From: an uncultured bacterium
Lineage (GTDB): Bacteria > Omnitrophota > Gorgyraeia > Zapsychrales > Aceulaceae
Length of the DNA: 64,000 nt
Direction of reading: 5' to 3'
Assembly: GCA_937930175.1 (NCBI GenBank)
Contig: CALGLP010000004.1
Location: 2,163-66,162 of the forward strand
The notes under the pieces are model-generated. The model saw only the letters and a list, made by a program, of their open reading frames with translations, did no database searches and was not told the origin of the DNA. How positions within the stretch are numbered: position 1 is the stretch's first letter; each line of letters starts with the position of its first letter. Positions 1 to 13,065 of the stretch are shown piece after piece. The position numbers were made by a program, and so were the translations under genes.

Positions 1-749
1 ATCGACGCCTTAGCGCGCACAAGAACCTTGCCTCGACCTGTGTTATAGGCGTCGAGGAACCCTTGGCGTCCACAAATAATGCCTCCGGTTGGAAAATCCG
101 GGCCCTTCACGTGACGGCACAATTCTTTGATTTCAATATCAGGATTATCCACAACGCTTACAATGCCGTCGACAATCTCAGATAAATTATGAGGGGGCAT
201 ATTCGTGGCCATACCAACCGCGATGCCGCTTGAGCCGTTGATCAAAAGATTAGGAATCGCAGACGGAAGAACTTGAGGCTCTTCCAAAGAATTATCAAAG
301 TTGGGCGAAAAATCAACGGTCTTTTTTTCTAAATCCTTGAGGATTTCTTCCGCAATGGATTCCATGCGAACTTCGGTATAACGCATGGCCGCCGCGGAAT
401 CACCGTCAATGGATCCAAAGTTTCCCTGCCCATCCACCAAGGGATAACGCAAGGAAAATGTCTGCACCATGCGCACAATCGAATCATACACCGCCGTGTC
501 GCCATGGGGATGATATTTACCTAACACCTCACCGACGATACGCGCGCTTTTTTTATAAGATTTGTTATGCTCCATACCAAGCCCTTGCATCGCGTAAAGA
601 ATGCGCCGATGAACAGGCTTAAGCCCATCACGGACATCCGGCAAAGCACGGCTCACAATAACGCTCATCGAATAAGAAAGATAAGAGCTTTTCATTTCTT
701 CTTCGATATTAATCGGAAGTATTTTTTCCTTCGCTGTAAAGTCCTTCAT
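1..749 (-). CDS. gyrA: DNA gyrase subunit A, N-terminal 249 codons (gene runs off the window start)
   Basis: My translation of the minus strand from the ATG at 749 gives [54 protein letters not shown], the canonical GyrA N-terminus. It is absent from the ORF track because there is no stop inside the window. It lies directly downstream of gyrB. Confidence 0.9.
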   Translation of the reverse strand, partial: MKDFTAKEKILPINIEEEMKSSYLSYSMSVIVSRALPDVRDGLKPVHRRILYAMQGLGMEHNKSYKKSARIVGEVLGKYHPHGDTAVYDSIVRMVQTFSLRYPLVDGQGNFGSIDGDSAAAMRYTEVRMESIAEEILKDLEKKTVDFSPNFDNSLEEPQVLPSAIPNLLINGSSGIAVGMATNMPPHNLSEIVDGIVSVVDNPDIEIKELCRHVKGPDFPTGGIICGRQGFLDAYNTGRGKVLVRAKAS

Positions 750-891
750 ATGTTTCTTATGCCTTTCTTAAAATAATCAATACCCAAGATACAAACACCA
801 AACTAGTTTCAAATCCCAATCAACAATAACCAAAATCCAATAAATATTATTTAGTTATTCGAGCTTGTTTATTCACTAATTATTCGTTGAC

Positions 892-3653
<2,762 letters not shown>

Positions 3654-3654
3654 A

Positions 3655-4746
3655 TTAAATACGCATTGGCAAGGCTAAATACAAATAATCCTGCAAACGA
3701 ATGACCCCCGGTTTATCAGGCCCAAGCAATTCAAGGTTAATTTGTTCCTCGACAATATTTTTCAATACCTCAATAAAAAACCCAGGATTGAAACCAACAA
3801 TGGTTTCCCCGCCGCCATACTCAATAGCCACTTCTTCCCGTGATTCTCCTACATCAGGTGTAATTTTCGAGACAACAAGCTTATCCTTAAAAACTTCAAA
3901 TTTCACAGCTTGAAAATCTGGTGTAGCAAGTAAATTGGCCCTTCGAATCGCCGAAAGAAATTCTTGAGTATTCATCTTAATCTTAATTTTTTGTTCCACA
4001 GGAATCACTTGATTATAATTAGGAAATTCTCCCTCAACAATTCGCGTGGCAATCAAAATATTATTAACATCAAATAAAATTTGATTAATTCCTATTAAAA
4101 AAGAGGTTGTTCCTTCATCTTTAAGATTACGCGTAATTTCATTAACCGCTTTAATTGGAATAATAATTTTCATTTCTTTTTTAAACGCATTTTCTAATGT
4201 GCGTTCAATCTTAGCAAGTCTGCGACCATCGGTTGCCACAATCCGTATAATATTTCCTTCTATTTCTAATAAAACACCATTTAAAACATATCTTGATTCT
4301 TCGTGTGAAACAGCAAAAGAAGTCATCCGTAACATTTCCTTTAAAACCGGTTGCTCCAGTGTGATCGCTTCTGTATTTTTAAACTCGGGAAATTTAGGAA
4401 ACTCTTCCTTAGGTAACCCATTTAGTTTAAATAAAAATTTTTCTCCTTGAATTTCGATTTGATTATTTTTTTTCGTTGAAATCATAATATCCCCTGTCGG
4501 CAATTCCTTGATAATATCGCTAAACTTTTTCGCAGGGATTGTAATTGCACCTTCTTCTAATATTTGTACAGGGATTTCACAAGAAATACCAATATCGAGA
4601 TCTGTTGCATAAAGTTTAATAGTAGAATTTTTTTTTGTTTCTACAAGCATATTTGCCAAAATTGGTAATGTAGCTTTTGGAGAAACAGCATTTTGAACCT
4701 TAAGGATGCCTTGGAGAAGATGTTCTTTAAAAATTTTTATTTTCAT
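3655..4746 (-). CDS. dnaN: DNA polymerase III beta sliding clamp
   Basis: 363-aa ORF immediately downstream of dnaA, with beta-clamp length and typical N- and C-termini (MKIKIFKEHLL..., ...YLYLALPMRI). Confidence 0.9.
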   Translation of the reverse strand: MKIKIFKEHLLQGILKVQNAVSPKATLPILANMLVETKKNSTIKLYATDLDIGISCEIPVQILEEGAITIPAKKFSDIIKELPTGDIMISTKKNNQIEIQGEKFLFKLNGLPKEEFPKFPEFKNTEAITLEQPVLKEMLRMTSFAVSHEESRYVLNGVLLEIEGNIIRIVATDGRRLAKIERTLENAFKKEMKIIIPIKAVNEITRNLKDEGTTSFLIGINQILFDVNNILIATRIVEGEFPNYNQVIPVEQKIKIKMNTQEFLSAIRRANLLATPDFQAVKFEVFKDKLVVSKITPDVGESREEVAIEYGGGETIVGFNPGFFIEVLKNIVEEQINLELLGPDKPGVIRLQDYLYLALPMRI

Positions 4747-4894
4747 ATTTTTTATGCCTTCTTATATGGTAGTAAAATTAAAAATAGTTGTAGTATTATT
4801 AGGGTCTGTGGATAATATGAACAAGCATTAAACCTTATTAAAATAAACGAGTTATAAAAATATTATATGTGAAAAAACGGTGAATAAAATAAAA
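4747..4894. promoter_or_regulatory. dnaA-dnaN spacer with a perfect DnaA box; possible second half of a bipartite oriC
   Basis: TGTGGATAA, the exact complement of TTATCCACA, lies at 4807-4815 in a very AT-rich 148-nt spacer. Confidence 0.45.
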
Positions 4895-6226
4895 TTATGC
4901 TTTAATTTCAGTGGATAACTGTTCTAAAATATTTTTTAACTGATGATCTACTTCTATTTCTCTTTCAATTTTTTTACAAGAATGTAAAACTGTTGTATGA
5001 TCTTTTCCACCAAAAAAACCACCAATTTCCGGTAATGATAAATTAGTCAATGTTCGCGCAAGATACATGGCGATTTGCCTAGGCAAAACAACATTTTTGT
5101 TGCGTCGCGTGGCCTTGAGATCAAATAAGGAAATATTAAAGTGATTGGCAACGACTTTTTGGATCATATCAACATTAATAATTTTTGTTGTCTCACTTAC
5201 CATATCTTTTAAAATTGTTTTAGCCATGGCAAGGGAAATCGTTTTTTCTTCTAGTAAAGAATAGGCTAGGACACGGACGAGAGCCCCTTCAAGCTCGCGG
5301 ATATTTGTTTTAATCTGTGTCGCAATAAAAACAATGACATCGTCGGGTACCTTGGTGGGCTCACGTTCAATTTTTTTTCGTAAAATGGCAACGCGGGTTT
5401 CAAAATCTGGTGGCTGAATATCAGTGATTAGGCCCCACGCGAAGCGAGAGCGCAATCGCTCTTCCAGATTGGTAATACTTTTAGGAGGCTTATCCGAAGA
5501 AATGACGATTTGCTTGTGGTTTTCATGAAGCTCATTAAAGGTGTGAAAAAATTCTTCCTGTGTTGATTCTTTGCCGGCAATAAATTGGATATCATCGATC
5601 AAGAGAACGTCAACACTGCGAAAGCGTTGACGAAATTGAGTAGCGGAGCGATGGCGAATCGCGTCAATGAGGGCGTTGGTGAAGCTTTCTGATGAAAGGT
5701 AGCAGAATTTAGTTTTTGGATGCTTTGTTCTAATATGGTTGGCGATCGATTGCATAAGGTGTGTTTTTCCCAACCCTACTCCCCCGTAGATAAATAAAGG
5801 ATTATATGCTTTAGCTGGAGATTCTGCTACGGCGAGACTTGCGGCTTGTGCAAAGCGGTTCCCTGCGCCAATGACAAAATTGTCAAAGGTAAAGCGCGGT
5901 GCGATGACGGATGTTTCTTTTAGGATGGATAGGGGTTCTTCGTCTGCAAGAGTGTGTTTTTTTGGTTTATCGGAAGAAAGAGGCGCGTTGACTTCAAACT
6001 CAATATTGATATTTGTCGAGCAGAGAGTGCCAACGGTTGTTTCGATTATGTTGAGATAATGTTCAATAATCCAATTTTTAAAAAACTCATCCGGAGTTCC
6101 AATCACAAGTGTTTCAGGGTTTTTTTCTCGAACGCTTAGGGATGAAAACCATGTTTCGTAAGAGGTTTCTCCAATCTGTTCTCGAAGGGATTTTTGCGTT
6201 TTCTTCCAAACATCTAAGATCTGCAT
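4895..6226 (-). CDS. dnaA: Chromosomal replication initiator DnaA
   Basis: 443-aa ORF with Walker A GGVGLGKTHL, LLIDDIQF, and the C-terminal DNA-binding region (GGKDHTTVLHSCKKI). Confidence 0.95.
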   Translation of the reverse strand: MQILDVWKKTQKSLREQIGETSYETWFSSLSVREKNPETLVIGTPDEFFKNWIIEHYLNIIETTVGTLCSTNINIEFEVNAPLSSDKPKKHTLADEEPLSILKETSVIAPRFTFDNFVIGAGNRFAQAASLAVAESPAKAYNPLFIYGGVGLGKTHLMQSIANHIRTKHPKTKFCYLSSESFTNALIDAIRHRSATQFRQRFRSVDVLLIDDIQFIAGKESTQEEFFHTFNELHENHKQIVISSDKPPKSITNLEERLRSRFAWGLITDIQPPDFETRVAILRKKIEREPTKVPDDVIVFIATQIKTNIRELEGALVRVLAYSLLEEKTISLAMAKTILKDMVSETTKIINVDMIQKVVANHFNISLFDLKATRRNKNVVLPRQIAMYLARTLTNLSLPEIGGFFGGKDHTTVLHSCKKIEREIEVDHQLKNILEQLSTEIKA

Positions 6227-6516
6227 GGTGAGTCGTCAGAGTTTCTTTTTTAAAAAGTTATTAACAGTTCTTCCACATAATACACAGGTTTTCCACAGGC
6301 TAATAAGCAATCAAGCAGGAGCATTTTTTTATAAAACCTAAGCCTTGTAAAAAAGTGAACCTATTATAACAAAGGAAAAATGAATTTCAACAGAAAAACT
6401 TTTTATAACTAAAAAAGAGTTTTTATTTAATAAATATTTTGTTTTAAGCAAAAGAAAAAAATGTTCGTAAGGCTTTAATTATGAAAACTTTTTATCTTTC
6501 ATGAAATGAAAAAAAC
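6227..6516. other. Candidate oriC / dnaA promoter region
   Basis: Intergenic region between divergent dnaA and rpmH. A DnaA-box variant TTTTCCACA sits at 6289-6297 and a weaker TCTTCCACA at 6269-6277. About 6380-6500 is extremely AT-rich and could be a DNA-unwinding element. Confidence 0.4.
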
Positions 6517-6544
6517 TTGACTAGAATAATGCGCGTGATATACT
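6517..6544 (+). promoter_or_regulatory. Sigma-70-type promoter for rpmH-yidD-yidC
   Basis: TTGACT (6517-6522), a 16-nt spacer, then TATACT (6539-6544), about 78 nt upstream of the rpmH ATG. Confidence 0.45.
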
Positions 6545-6621
6545 TAACCAAATATTTATGATTTTCTTTTTTATCGAACGCTGATAAACAGCGCTCGGCG
6601 GGTTAACGTTAAGGAAAGTAA

Positions 6622-6759
6622 ATGAAAAAACATCTAAAGATACCAACAAAGATTAAAGGGAAAAAACGTCACGGTTTCCGTCGAAGAATGAAAACTGCTG
6701 ATGGGCGAAAAGTTTTGAAAAGACGACGTCAAAAAGGACGAAAAAAACTATCAGTTTAG
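6622..6759 (+). CDS. rpmH: 50S ribosomal protein L34
   Basis: My translation gives [45 protein letters not shown] (45 aa). It is below the ORF-track size cutoff. An AGGA-type RBS lies upstream. Confidence 0.9.
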   Translation: MKKHLKIPTKIKGKKRHGFRRRMKTADGRKVLKRRRQKGRKKLSV

Positions 6760-6782
6760 TGTGACCCTGGTAGACAAGCACT

Positions 6783-6995
6783 GTGATGATAAAAATTTTG
6801 TCTTTTATGATCGTTTTTTATCAGAGGATAAAGCACGCGGTGGTTCCATCAACGTGTCGTTTTTATCCCTCCTGCTCCGAATATAGCCTTTTAGCTTTAA
6901 AGAAATACGGGCTTTTTAAAGGAATGATATTGTCTGTAAAACGCATATTACGTTGCTCTCCCCTGTCTGCGGGAGGGTTTGATCCCCTAAAATAG
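6783..6995 (+). CDS. yidD: Membrane protein insertion efficiency factor YidD
   Basis: 70-aa ORF with CRFYPSCSEYSLLALKKYG...RILRCSPLSAGGFDP, the YidD signature. Confidence 0.85.
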   Translation: MMIKILSFMIVFYQRIKHAVVPSTCRFYPSCSEYSLLALKKYGLFKGMILSVKRILRCSPLSAGGFDPLK

Positions 6996-7008
6996 AAAAA
7001 GGAATATC

Positions 7009-8622
7009 ATGGAAAAAAGAACATTTTTAGCTATTATATTATCAATATTTGTATTATTTGGGTATCAAACTCTTTTTGTCAACAAAGTAGCGAAAAATGT
7101 TCAGCCTTCATTAATTGATTCACAAACTATTGCAAAAGAAGAGTTTACATCTGATTTAAAAATAGACAAAATACAGAAAAATGATATCGTAAAAAATATT
7201 CAGGAAAATATTGAAAAAAAAATAATAACAATTGAGACTAGCAAGCTTTTGCTTACTTTTTCGAATATCGGCGGAGCGATCGTTGGAATTGATATAAAAA
7301 ATCAGCAAGTCCTCCCTGTCACAAATATTTCGACATTAATCGAATATGCAGATCTACCATTTGAACTTTTAAGTAATCGTAATGGTGAGGTTGTTTATAG
7401 GCTTGTTTTTGGTGATTATGAGATTACAAAAATTTATAATATGTCCAATCAGGATTATTTAGTAAATACTGAAATTTTAATAAAAAATATATCTAAAATG
7501 TCCAATGTGAAGAACGTAGAAATTGGAGCTTTTCAAGTTGATACAAAGTTAATAAAAAATAAAAAAGATAATGAAAATGGTTTATATGAATATAGTATTG
7601 CAACAGGAACGAAAACTATTCGAAAATCAAATGCTTACAAGTTTTCAGTCAAGGAGTCTAAGAGTGAAAATCAGCCTGTAAGATGGCTGGGATTTCGCGA
7701 TAAATTTTATTGTTCAGTGTTTAAACCAGAATTTGATGCTATCGGTTATAAAATAGATCCAGAAATAGAAACAAAGCTTAATATTTCTGTTGAGTCAAAA
7801 ACAACAAGTCTAAATCCAGGAGATCAAGTATCATTAAAAAGTACATATTATTTTGGGCCTCAAGATCAAGACTTACTGAAAAGTTACGAACTTGGCGATT
7901 TCGTTGTTTTTAGCCAGTTTGGATTGCTTGACATGATATCAAAATTTGTTATAAATATTGTTAAATTTATGCACAAATTTGTTCCAAGTCTGGGTTTATG
8001 TTTAATTCTTGTAAGTATTATAATTTATGGAGCAATGTATCCATTGACCATGAGCGGTATGCTTTCTATGAGAAAAATGCAAGCTTTGCAACCAAAAATG
8101 GCAAAGTTAAAGGAGCAATATAAGAATAATCCTCAGAAATTGAATCAAGAAGTAATGAATTTATATAAAGAAAATTCAATAAATCCATTTGGTGGATGCT
8201 TACCTTTTTTATTACAAATGCCAGTTTTTATAGCTCTTTATCAAGCGCTGTGGAGATCTGTTATATTTCAAGGCCAAGGATTCTTGTGGATTAAAGATTT
8301 AGCACTTCCAGATAGGTTTTTTATTTTACCCAACAAACTGCCTATAATAGGGGACGAAATCAATCTTTTACCATTATTAATGATGGTTGCTATGTTTTTT
8401 CAACAAAGACTTTCAACAAAGAATATGCCTGTTACAGATCCTAGTCAAGCTATGCAGCAGAAGATGATGGCATGGTTTTTCCCTATATTCCTAGGAGTTT
8501 TGTTTTATAAGTTCGCAAGCGGACTCAATCTTTATTTCACTGTATTTTACACGCTTTCAACTCTTACGCAGTTAAGAATGTCCAAAATGAACACATGTTT
8601 GGTACCAGAATCAAGGTCTTAA
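7009..8622 (+). CDS. yidC: Membrane protein insertase YidC
   Basis: 537-aa ORF with an N-terminal TM segment, a large periplasmic domain, and the conserved C-terminal core (NPFGGCLPFLLQMPVFIALY, LYFTVFY). Confidence 0.9.
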   Translation: MEKRTFLAIILSIFVLFGYQTLFVNKVAKNVQPSLIDSQTIAKEEFTSDLKIDKIQKNDIVKNIQENIEKKIITIETSKLLLTFSNIGGAIVGIDIKNQQVLPVTNISTLIEYADLPFELLSNRNGEVVYRLVFGDYEITKIYNMSNQDYLVNTEILIKNISKMSNVKNVEIGAFQVDTKLIKNKKDNENGLYEYSIATGTKTIRKSNAYKFSVKESKSENQPVRWLGFRDKFYCSVFKPEFDAIGYKIDPEIETKLNISVESKTTSLNPGDQVSLKSTYYFGPQDQDLLKSYELGDFVVFSQFGLLDMISKFVINIVKFMHKFVPSLGLCLILVSIIIYGAMYPLTMSGMLSMRKMQALQPKMAKLKEQYKNNPQKLNQEVMNLYKENSINPFGGCLPFLLQMPVFIALYQALWRSVIFQGQGFLWIKDLALPDRFFILPNKLPIIGDEINLLPLLMMVAMFFQQRLSTKNMPVTDPSQAMQQKMMAWFFPIFLGVLFYKFASGLNLYFTVFYTLSTLTQLRMSKMNTCLVPESRS

Positions 8623-8840
8623 AAACTGAGGATAAATTGAAGAAAGAAAATAGTGATAAAAAAGGTTTTGAATTTTACGGAAGAACAGTTGAAGAGTCAA
8701 TTCAAATGGCAATGAAAGAGTTCAATGTTCCACGTGAATCATTGGACATAAAGATAGTTTCTGAAGAGAAAAAAGGGCTTTTTGGTATGGATGGAGAAAA
8801 ACCAGCAAAAATTATTGCTTCTTTGAAGAAAAAGAAGTAA
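8595..8840 (+). CDS. Jag-like protein, N-terminal domain only (no KH/R3H part)
   Basis: 81-aa ORF directly after yidC. The segment GRTVEESIQMAMKEFNVPRESLDIKIVSEEKKGLFG resembles the Jag_N domain. The start codon is uncertain. Confidence 0.5.
   Translation: MFGTRIKVLKTEDKLKKENSDKKGFEFYGRTVEESIQMAMKEFNVPRESLDIKIVSEEKKGLFGMDGEKPAKIIASLKKKK
8726..8741. promoter_or_regulatory. parS centromere-like site (inside the jag-like CDS)
   Basis: TGTTCCACGTGAATCA matches 15 of 16 positions of the Bacillus-type parS TGTTCCACGTGAAACA. Confidence 0.65.
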
Positions 8841-8868
8841 TATGGTTTTGTAGAGAATTTATAAAAGC

Positions 8869-8884
8869 TGTTCCACGTGGAACC
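8869..8884. promoter_or_regulatory. parS centromere-like site upstream of parA
   Basis: TGTTCCACGTGGAACC matches 14 of 16 positions of the parS consensus and has a perfect GTTCCACGTGGAAC palindrome. Confidence 0.65.
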
Positions 8885-9008
8885 CCGTTTGAGAATTTGA
8901 TTGGTTGTCAGAAAAATGTTGGTGGAATGAAGCCCAGCCGAGAATCGTAATTAAGATGCAATTAAGATTTGAGATTCTCTGACGGGGTGGAACCCAGAGG
9001 GTATTTAA

Positions 9009-9806
9009 ATGGGAAAAATAATAGCTTTCTGTAATCAAAAAGGTGGAACAGGGAAGACGACAACAGCTGTTAATTTATCAGCAGCTTTAAGTGAGAAGAA
9101 TAAAAAAATACTTCTTGTTGATATGGATCCGCAGGGAAACGCAACAAGCGGACTAGGTATAAACAAAAATCAAATACAAAGATCTATATACGATGTTCTT
9201 TTAAATAAATCAAAAGTTAGTGATATCTCTGTCCAATCTGAATTTAAAAATCTTTTTGTTGCTCCATGTAATATTAATTTAACTGGAGCAGAGATTGAAT
9301 TGGTTGGTTCTTTGTCTAGAGAAACAAGGCTTAAGAGAGGCCTTGAGGAGATAAAAAGCGAGTATGATTACATTTTTATTGATTCGCCGCCGTCATTAGG
9401 ACTGATTACGTTGAATTCATTGGTTGCAAGCGATTCGATCATTATTCCTATCCAATGTGAGTTTTATGCCCTCGAAGGAGTCTCGCAACTTTTAAATACG
9501 ATTAATTTAATTAGGGAAGGTCTTAACCCAACTCTTCATATTGAGGGCGTTTTGATGACAATGGCAGACTTCAGAACAAATTTGACATCTGAAGTTATTA
9601 ATGAAATTAAGACTTTTTTTAAGGATAAGGCCTACAAAACAGTTATTCCAAGAAACGTTAAATTAAGTGAAGCGCCAAGCTTTGGAAAGCCGATTTCTGT
9701 TTATGATCGTAATTCAATCGGCGCAAAGAAGTATGAGCAGTTTGCAAGAGAATTTCTCGGCGAGAAGATAGCAGAAGAGACTGAAAAGATTCTTCAGACA
9801 AATTAA
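9009..9806 (+). CDS. parA: Chromosome partitioning ATPase ParA/Soj
   Basis: 265-aa ORF with the deviant Walker A CNQKGGTGKTTTAVNL and DMDPQGNAT. Confidence 0.9.
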   Translation: MGKIIAFCNQKGGTGKTTTAVNLSAALSEKNKKILLVDMDPQGNATSGLGINKNQIQRSIYDVLLNKSKVSDISVQSEFKNLFVAPCNINLTGAEIELVGSLSRETRLKRGLEEIKSEYDYIFIDSPPSLGLITLNSLVASDSIIIPIQCEFYALEGVSQLLNTINLIREGLNPTLHIEGVLMTMADFRTNLTSEVINEIKTFFKDKAYKTVIPRNVKLSEAPSFGKPISVYDRNSIGAKKYEQFAREFLGEKIAEETEKILQTN

Positions 9807-9821
9807 CAAGGGGAAGAGAAA

Positions 9822-10673
9822 ATGGAAAAAAGTGCTTTAGGAAAAGGCCTGTCTGCTTTGATTCCCGAGAATTTTAAAAGTGATACCGATGAAAGTATTG
9901 CGTATGTCAATATTTCTCAAATTCAGAAGAATAACTTTCAGCCGCGTAAAGAATTTAAAGAAGAGAAATTATCTGACCTTGTTTCTTCTATCAAAGAAAA
10001 AGGAGTTCTTCAGCCGCTTTTGTTACGCAAAAAAGGTGATGGATATGAACTTATCGCAGGTGAGCGACGTTTGCGAGCTGCGCAGTCTTTAAATATTGAA
10101 AAAGTTCCAGCGATCATCAAATCAGCCACTGATGAAGAATCTTTAGTCTTGGCTTTAATTGAAAACATTCAGCGTGAAGATCTTAACCCAATTGACGAAG
10201 CAAAGGCTTATCGACGATTGGTTGAAGATTTTAGTTTTACACAAGACCATGTGGCACAATCAGTTGGGAAAGATAGGACAACCGTTACAAACATGTTGAG
10301 ATTATTGACTCTGCCTGAAGAAATTCAAAAAAGTATCGTAGACGGTGCTTTCTCTGTTGGTCATGCGCGAACAATTTTGTCGGTCAAAGATAGGATGCGA
10401 CAAACGTTTTTATGGAAGAAAACCATTGATAAAGGATTTTCCGTTCGTGAACTTGAGAATATTATCAAATCTGAAGAGAGTGCCCAAGAGGGGAAGCGAA
10501 AAGTTGGCGCTGAGAAAAAAGATCCTTATGTAGTTTCTGTGGAGGAGGACTTGCAACGCGCTTTAGGAACAAAGGTTCGTCTTGTGACAAAGAAAAAAAG
10601 AGGAACAATTGTTATTGAGTATTATTCGAATGACGACCTAGGCCGCATCATCAAGGCCATTGTTCGTTCTTAA
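9822..10673 (+). CDS. parB: Chromosome partitioning protein ParB/Spo0J
   Basis: 283-aa ORF with the ParB box GERRLRAA, NIQREDLNPIDEA, and an HTH region. Confidence 0.9.
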   Translation: MEKSALGKGLSALIPENFKSDTDESIAYVNISQIQKNNFQPRKEFKEEKLSDLVSSIKEKGVLQPLLLRKKGDGYELIAGERRLRAAQSLNIEKVPAIIKSATDEESLVLALIENIQREDLNPIDEAKAYRRLVEDFSFTQDHVAQSVGKDRTTVTNMLRLLTLPEEIQKSIVDGAFSVGHARTILSVKDRMRQTFLWKKTIDKGFSVRELENIIKSEESAQEGKRKVGAEKKDPYVVSVEEDLQRALGTKVRLVTKKKRGTIVIEYYSNDDLGRIIKAIVRS

Positions 10674-10688
10674 CAAAAAAGGAACATT

Positions 10689-11510
10689 ATGATCAAAAGT
10701 ATGACAGGGTTTAGTTCCGTCGAGATCTCGCTTGGAGCGATGAAAGCTGTTTTAGAGATACGCAGCGTTAATCATCGTTATTTGGATATTGCTTATTTTT
10801 TACCCCTAGGCTTTACATCGTGTGAAGATCGCTTGCGGCAAGTGATACAGAAAGCCATTGCTAGAGGACGCGTTACTATTTCGATGAAGATTGTTAAGAA
10901 GCAGGAGCCGATGATTACTTTTAATAAAAGCGTTGTCAGGGATTATCTTAAGCGCGAAAAAGAAATTAAAAAAGAATTTGGCTTGAAAGGTGTCTTGATG
11001 TTAAGCGACTTGATTCGGCTTCCTGGGGTTGTAGAAATTCAGGATGTTGAGCCTAGAGCAAGCACGCTTTTACCAGCAATCGAAAAGGCTACGACGAAGG
11101 CTTTAAATTTGTTGATTGTTATGCGCTTGCGAGAGGGTAAGAGCATTGTTTTGGATATTCTTAAGCAAACAAGTCGTATGTTATTGGAAATAAACACGAT
11201 ACGAGCGAAAGAAAAAGAAATTTTATCCTATAAAAAACAGAAATTGAGTACTGAAGAATTTGAGTCGTATCAAAAGGGAATTGATGTCAATGAGGAGCTT
11301 GCACGCCTTGCACACCATATTGATGAGGTGAGACATCTTTTAAAGGCCAAAGAGGCTGTTGGAAAGAAAATGGATTTTATTGCTCAAGAAATGCAGCGCG
11401 AAGCCAATACAATTGGGTCAAAGCTTCAAGACAAGGTTGTTTCAAGCTCTGTTATTTCTTTGAAAAGCAACATTGAGAAATTGCGTGAGCAAGCACAAAA
11501 TATTGAATAA
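10689..11510 (+). CDS. yicC: YicC-family protein
   Basis: 273-aa ORF with the N-terminus MIKSMTGFSS...EIRSVNHRYLDI and the C-terminal FIAQEMQREANTIGSK motif. Confidence 0.8.
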   Translation: MIKSMTGFSSVEISLGAMKAVLEIRSVNHRYLDIAYFLPLGFTSCEDRLRQVIQKAIARGRVTISMKIVKKQEPMITFNKSVVRDYLKREKEIKKEFGLKGVLMLSDLIRLPGVVEIQDVEPRASTLLPAIEKATTKALNLLIVMRLREGKSIVLDILKQTSRMLLEINTIRAKEKEILSYKKQKLSTEEFESYQKGIDVNEELARLAHHIDEVRHLLKAKEAVGKKMDFIAQEMQREANTIGSKLQDKVVSSSVISLKSNIEKLREQAQNIE

Positions 11511-11514
11511 GGAT

Positions 11515-12114
11515 ATGAAAAGGTTGCCGGGTCGTATTTTTGTCTTGTCAGGCCCGTCGGGTTCTGGCAAAACAACCTTGCATCACACATTGCTCCTTGA
11601 TAAAAAAATGAGATCCTGTTTGGTTAAAACGATCTCTGCAACGACGAGGAAAAAGCGCGTCGGAGAACGTCAAGGCAGAGACTATTTGTTTTTAACCAAA
11701 AAACAGTTTTTACGTCGCATCGAGACTGGATATTTCTTAGAATGGCAAAAAGTTTTTACCGATTATTATGGAACGCCTAAGGCTCAAGCAGAAAAAATAT
11801 TAAAAAAAGGTAAGAATATTTTGTTGTGTATTGATGTGCAGGGTGCGCGTATTGTGTTCAAAACGTTTAAAGATGCGGTGGGTATTTTTATTAAGGCGCC
11901 ATCGCTAGCGATCTTGAAAAAACGTCTTCAAAAGAGAGCAACAGAAACTCCCAAGGCTTTGGCGTTTAGACTTGCAGTTGCTAAGCGGGAAATGAAGGAG
12001 GTTAGGCGATATCACCATGTTGTTGTTAATGACAGCGTTTTAAGAGCAGTCCACAAACTTAAAAGAATTGTTAACCATGAACTAAAGAAGAAATTAAGAG
12101 GAGGCAAGGCATAA
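11515..12114 (+). CDS. gmk: Guanylate kinase
   Basis: I prefer the internal ATG at 11515 (MKRLPGRIFVLSGPSGSGKTTL, P-loop) over the ORF-track start at 11473, which overlaps yicC. Confidence 0.9.
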   Translation: MKRLPGRIFVLSGPSGSGKTTLHHTLLLDKKMRSCLVKTISATTRKKRVGERQGRDYLFLTKKQFLRRIETGYFLEWQKVFTDYYGTPKAQAEKILKKGKNILLCIDVQGARIVFKTFKDAVGIFIKAPSLAILKKRLQKRATETPKALAFRLAVAKREMKEVRRYHHVVVNDSVLRAVHKLKRIVNHELKKKLRGGKA

Positions 12115-12115
12115 A

Positions 12116-12385
12116 ATGAGTTATCAACCGTTAGAAAAATTATTACCAAGAGCTGGAAAAAGTATTTACCAGCTTGTTTTGCTAGCTTCCAAGCGCGCTA
12201 CAGAGCTTGCGGAAGGAATGCCAAAGCTTGTCGAGCGACCGCTCACAATTAAGACAACAACACTTGCTCTTGACGAGATTTTAGAAGGCATGGTGGTGAT
12301 GAAGGGTTACGAATCTCAGCTGCATCACAGGGAGCCTGTTACAGAAGGTGTAGAAGCGAAGGCTGATAAAAAACATAAGGAATAA
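12116..12385 (+). CDS. rpoZ: RNA polymerase omega subunit
   Basis: 89-aa ORF immediately after gmk (conserved gmk-rpoZ synteny). SIYQLVLLASKRATELAEG is typical of omega. Confidence 0.85.
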   Translation: MSYQPLEKLLPRAGKSIYQLVLLASKRATELAEGMPKLVERPLTIKTTTLALDEILEGMVVMKGYESQLHHREPVTEGVEAKADKKHKE

Positions 12386-12390
12386 TAAAC

Positions 12391-12942
12391 ATGTCAAGAA
12401 ACAAGCATGTTGTGCTTGGTGTTACGGGGAGCATTGCAGCTTATAAAGCTTGTGAGATCATCCGTGCGCTGCAAAGGCAAGGCATAGACGTTTCTGTTGT
12501 TATGACCACAGAGGCCAAGCAATTTGTTACGCCACTAACTTTTGCGAGTCTTTCGCGAAATCGTGTTTATGGGGATATGTTTGTTAAGGATTGGGCTGAT
12601 TGGGATATTGAACATGTGAGCTTGGCAGAGCGCGCTGATCTTTTGCTTATTGCTCCGGCGACAGCAAATGTGATTGGTAAGATCGCTCAGGGATTGGCGG
12701 ATGATTTGCTTTCTTGTCTTGCCATGACAACGAAAGCGCCTATTATTATAGCTCCAGCGATGAATACAGGGATGTACATAAATAAAATTGTTCAAGAAAA
12801 TATTAAAAAGTTGCAAGCCCATGGTTTTCACATCATTTCTCCGGTGAAAGGTCTTTTGGCTTGCGGAACTGTTGGCGATGGACACCTAGCGGATATTGAG
12901 ACGATTGTAAAGAAAGTTTGCGCTCTTTTGAAAAATAAATAA
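12391..12942 (+). CDS. coaC: Phosphopantothenoylcysteine decarboxylase-type flavoprotein (CoaC half only)
   Basis: 183-aa ORF with VLGVTGSIAAYKA...PAMNTGMY, the flavoprotein signature. No CoaB domain is attached. Confidence 0.8.
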   Translation: MSRNKHVVLGVTGSIAAYKACEIIRALQRQGIDVSVVMTTEAKQFVTPLTFASLSRNRVYGDMFVKDWADWDIEHVSLAERADLLLIAPATANVIGKIAQGLADDLLSCLAMTTKAPIIIAPAMNTGMYINKIVQENIKKLQAHGFHIISPVKGLLACGTVGDGHLADIETIVKKVCALLKNK

Positions 12943-13065
12943 AATAGATGACGACGCCTCGCTTTATCTTTAAAACTATATAAAGGAAAAAGAAACGTAG
13001 TCAAGTCGAGGCAGAGTTCCTTTGGGAGATGAGGAATACGTTGTTATTTGGAATAAGGAGATTTT

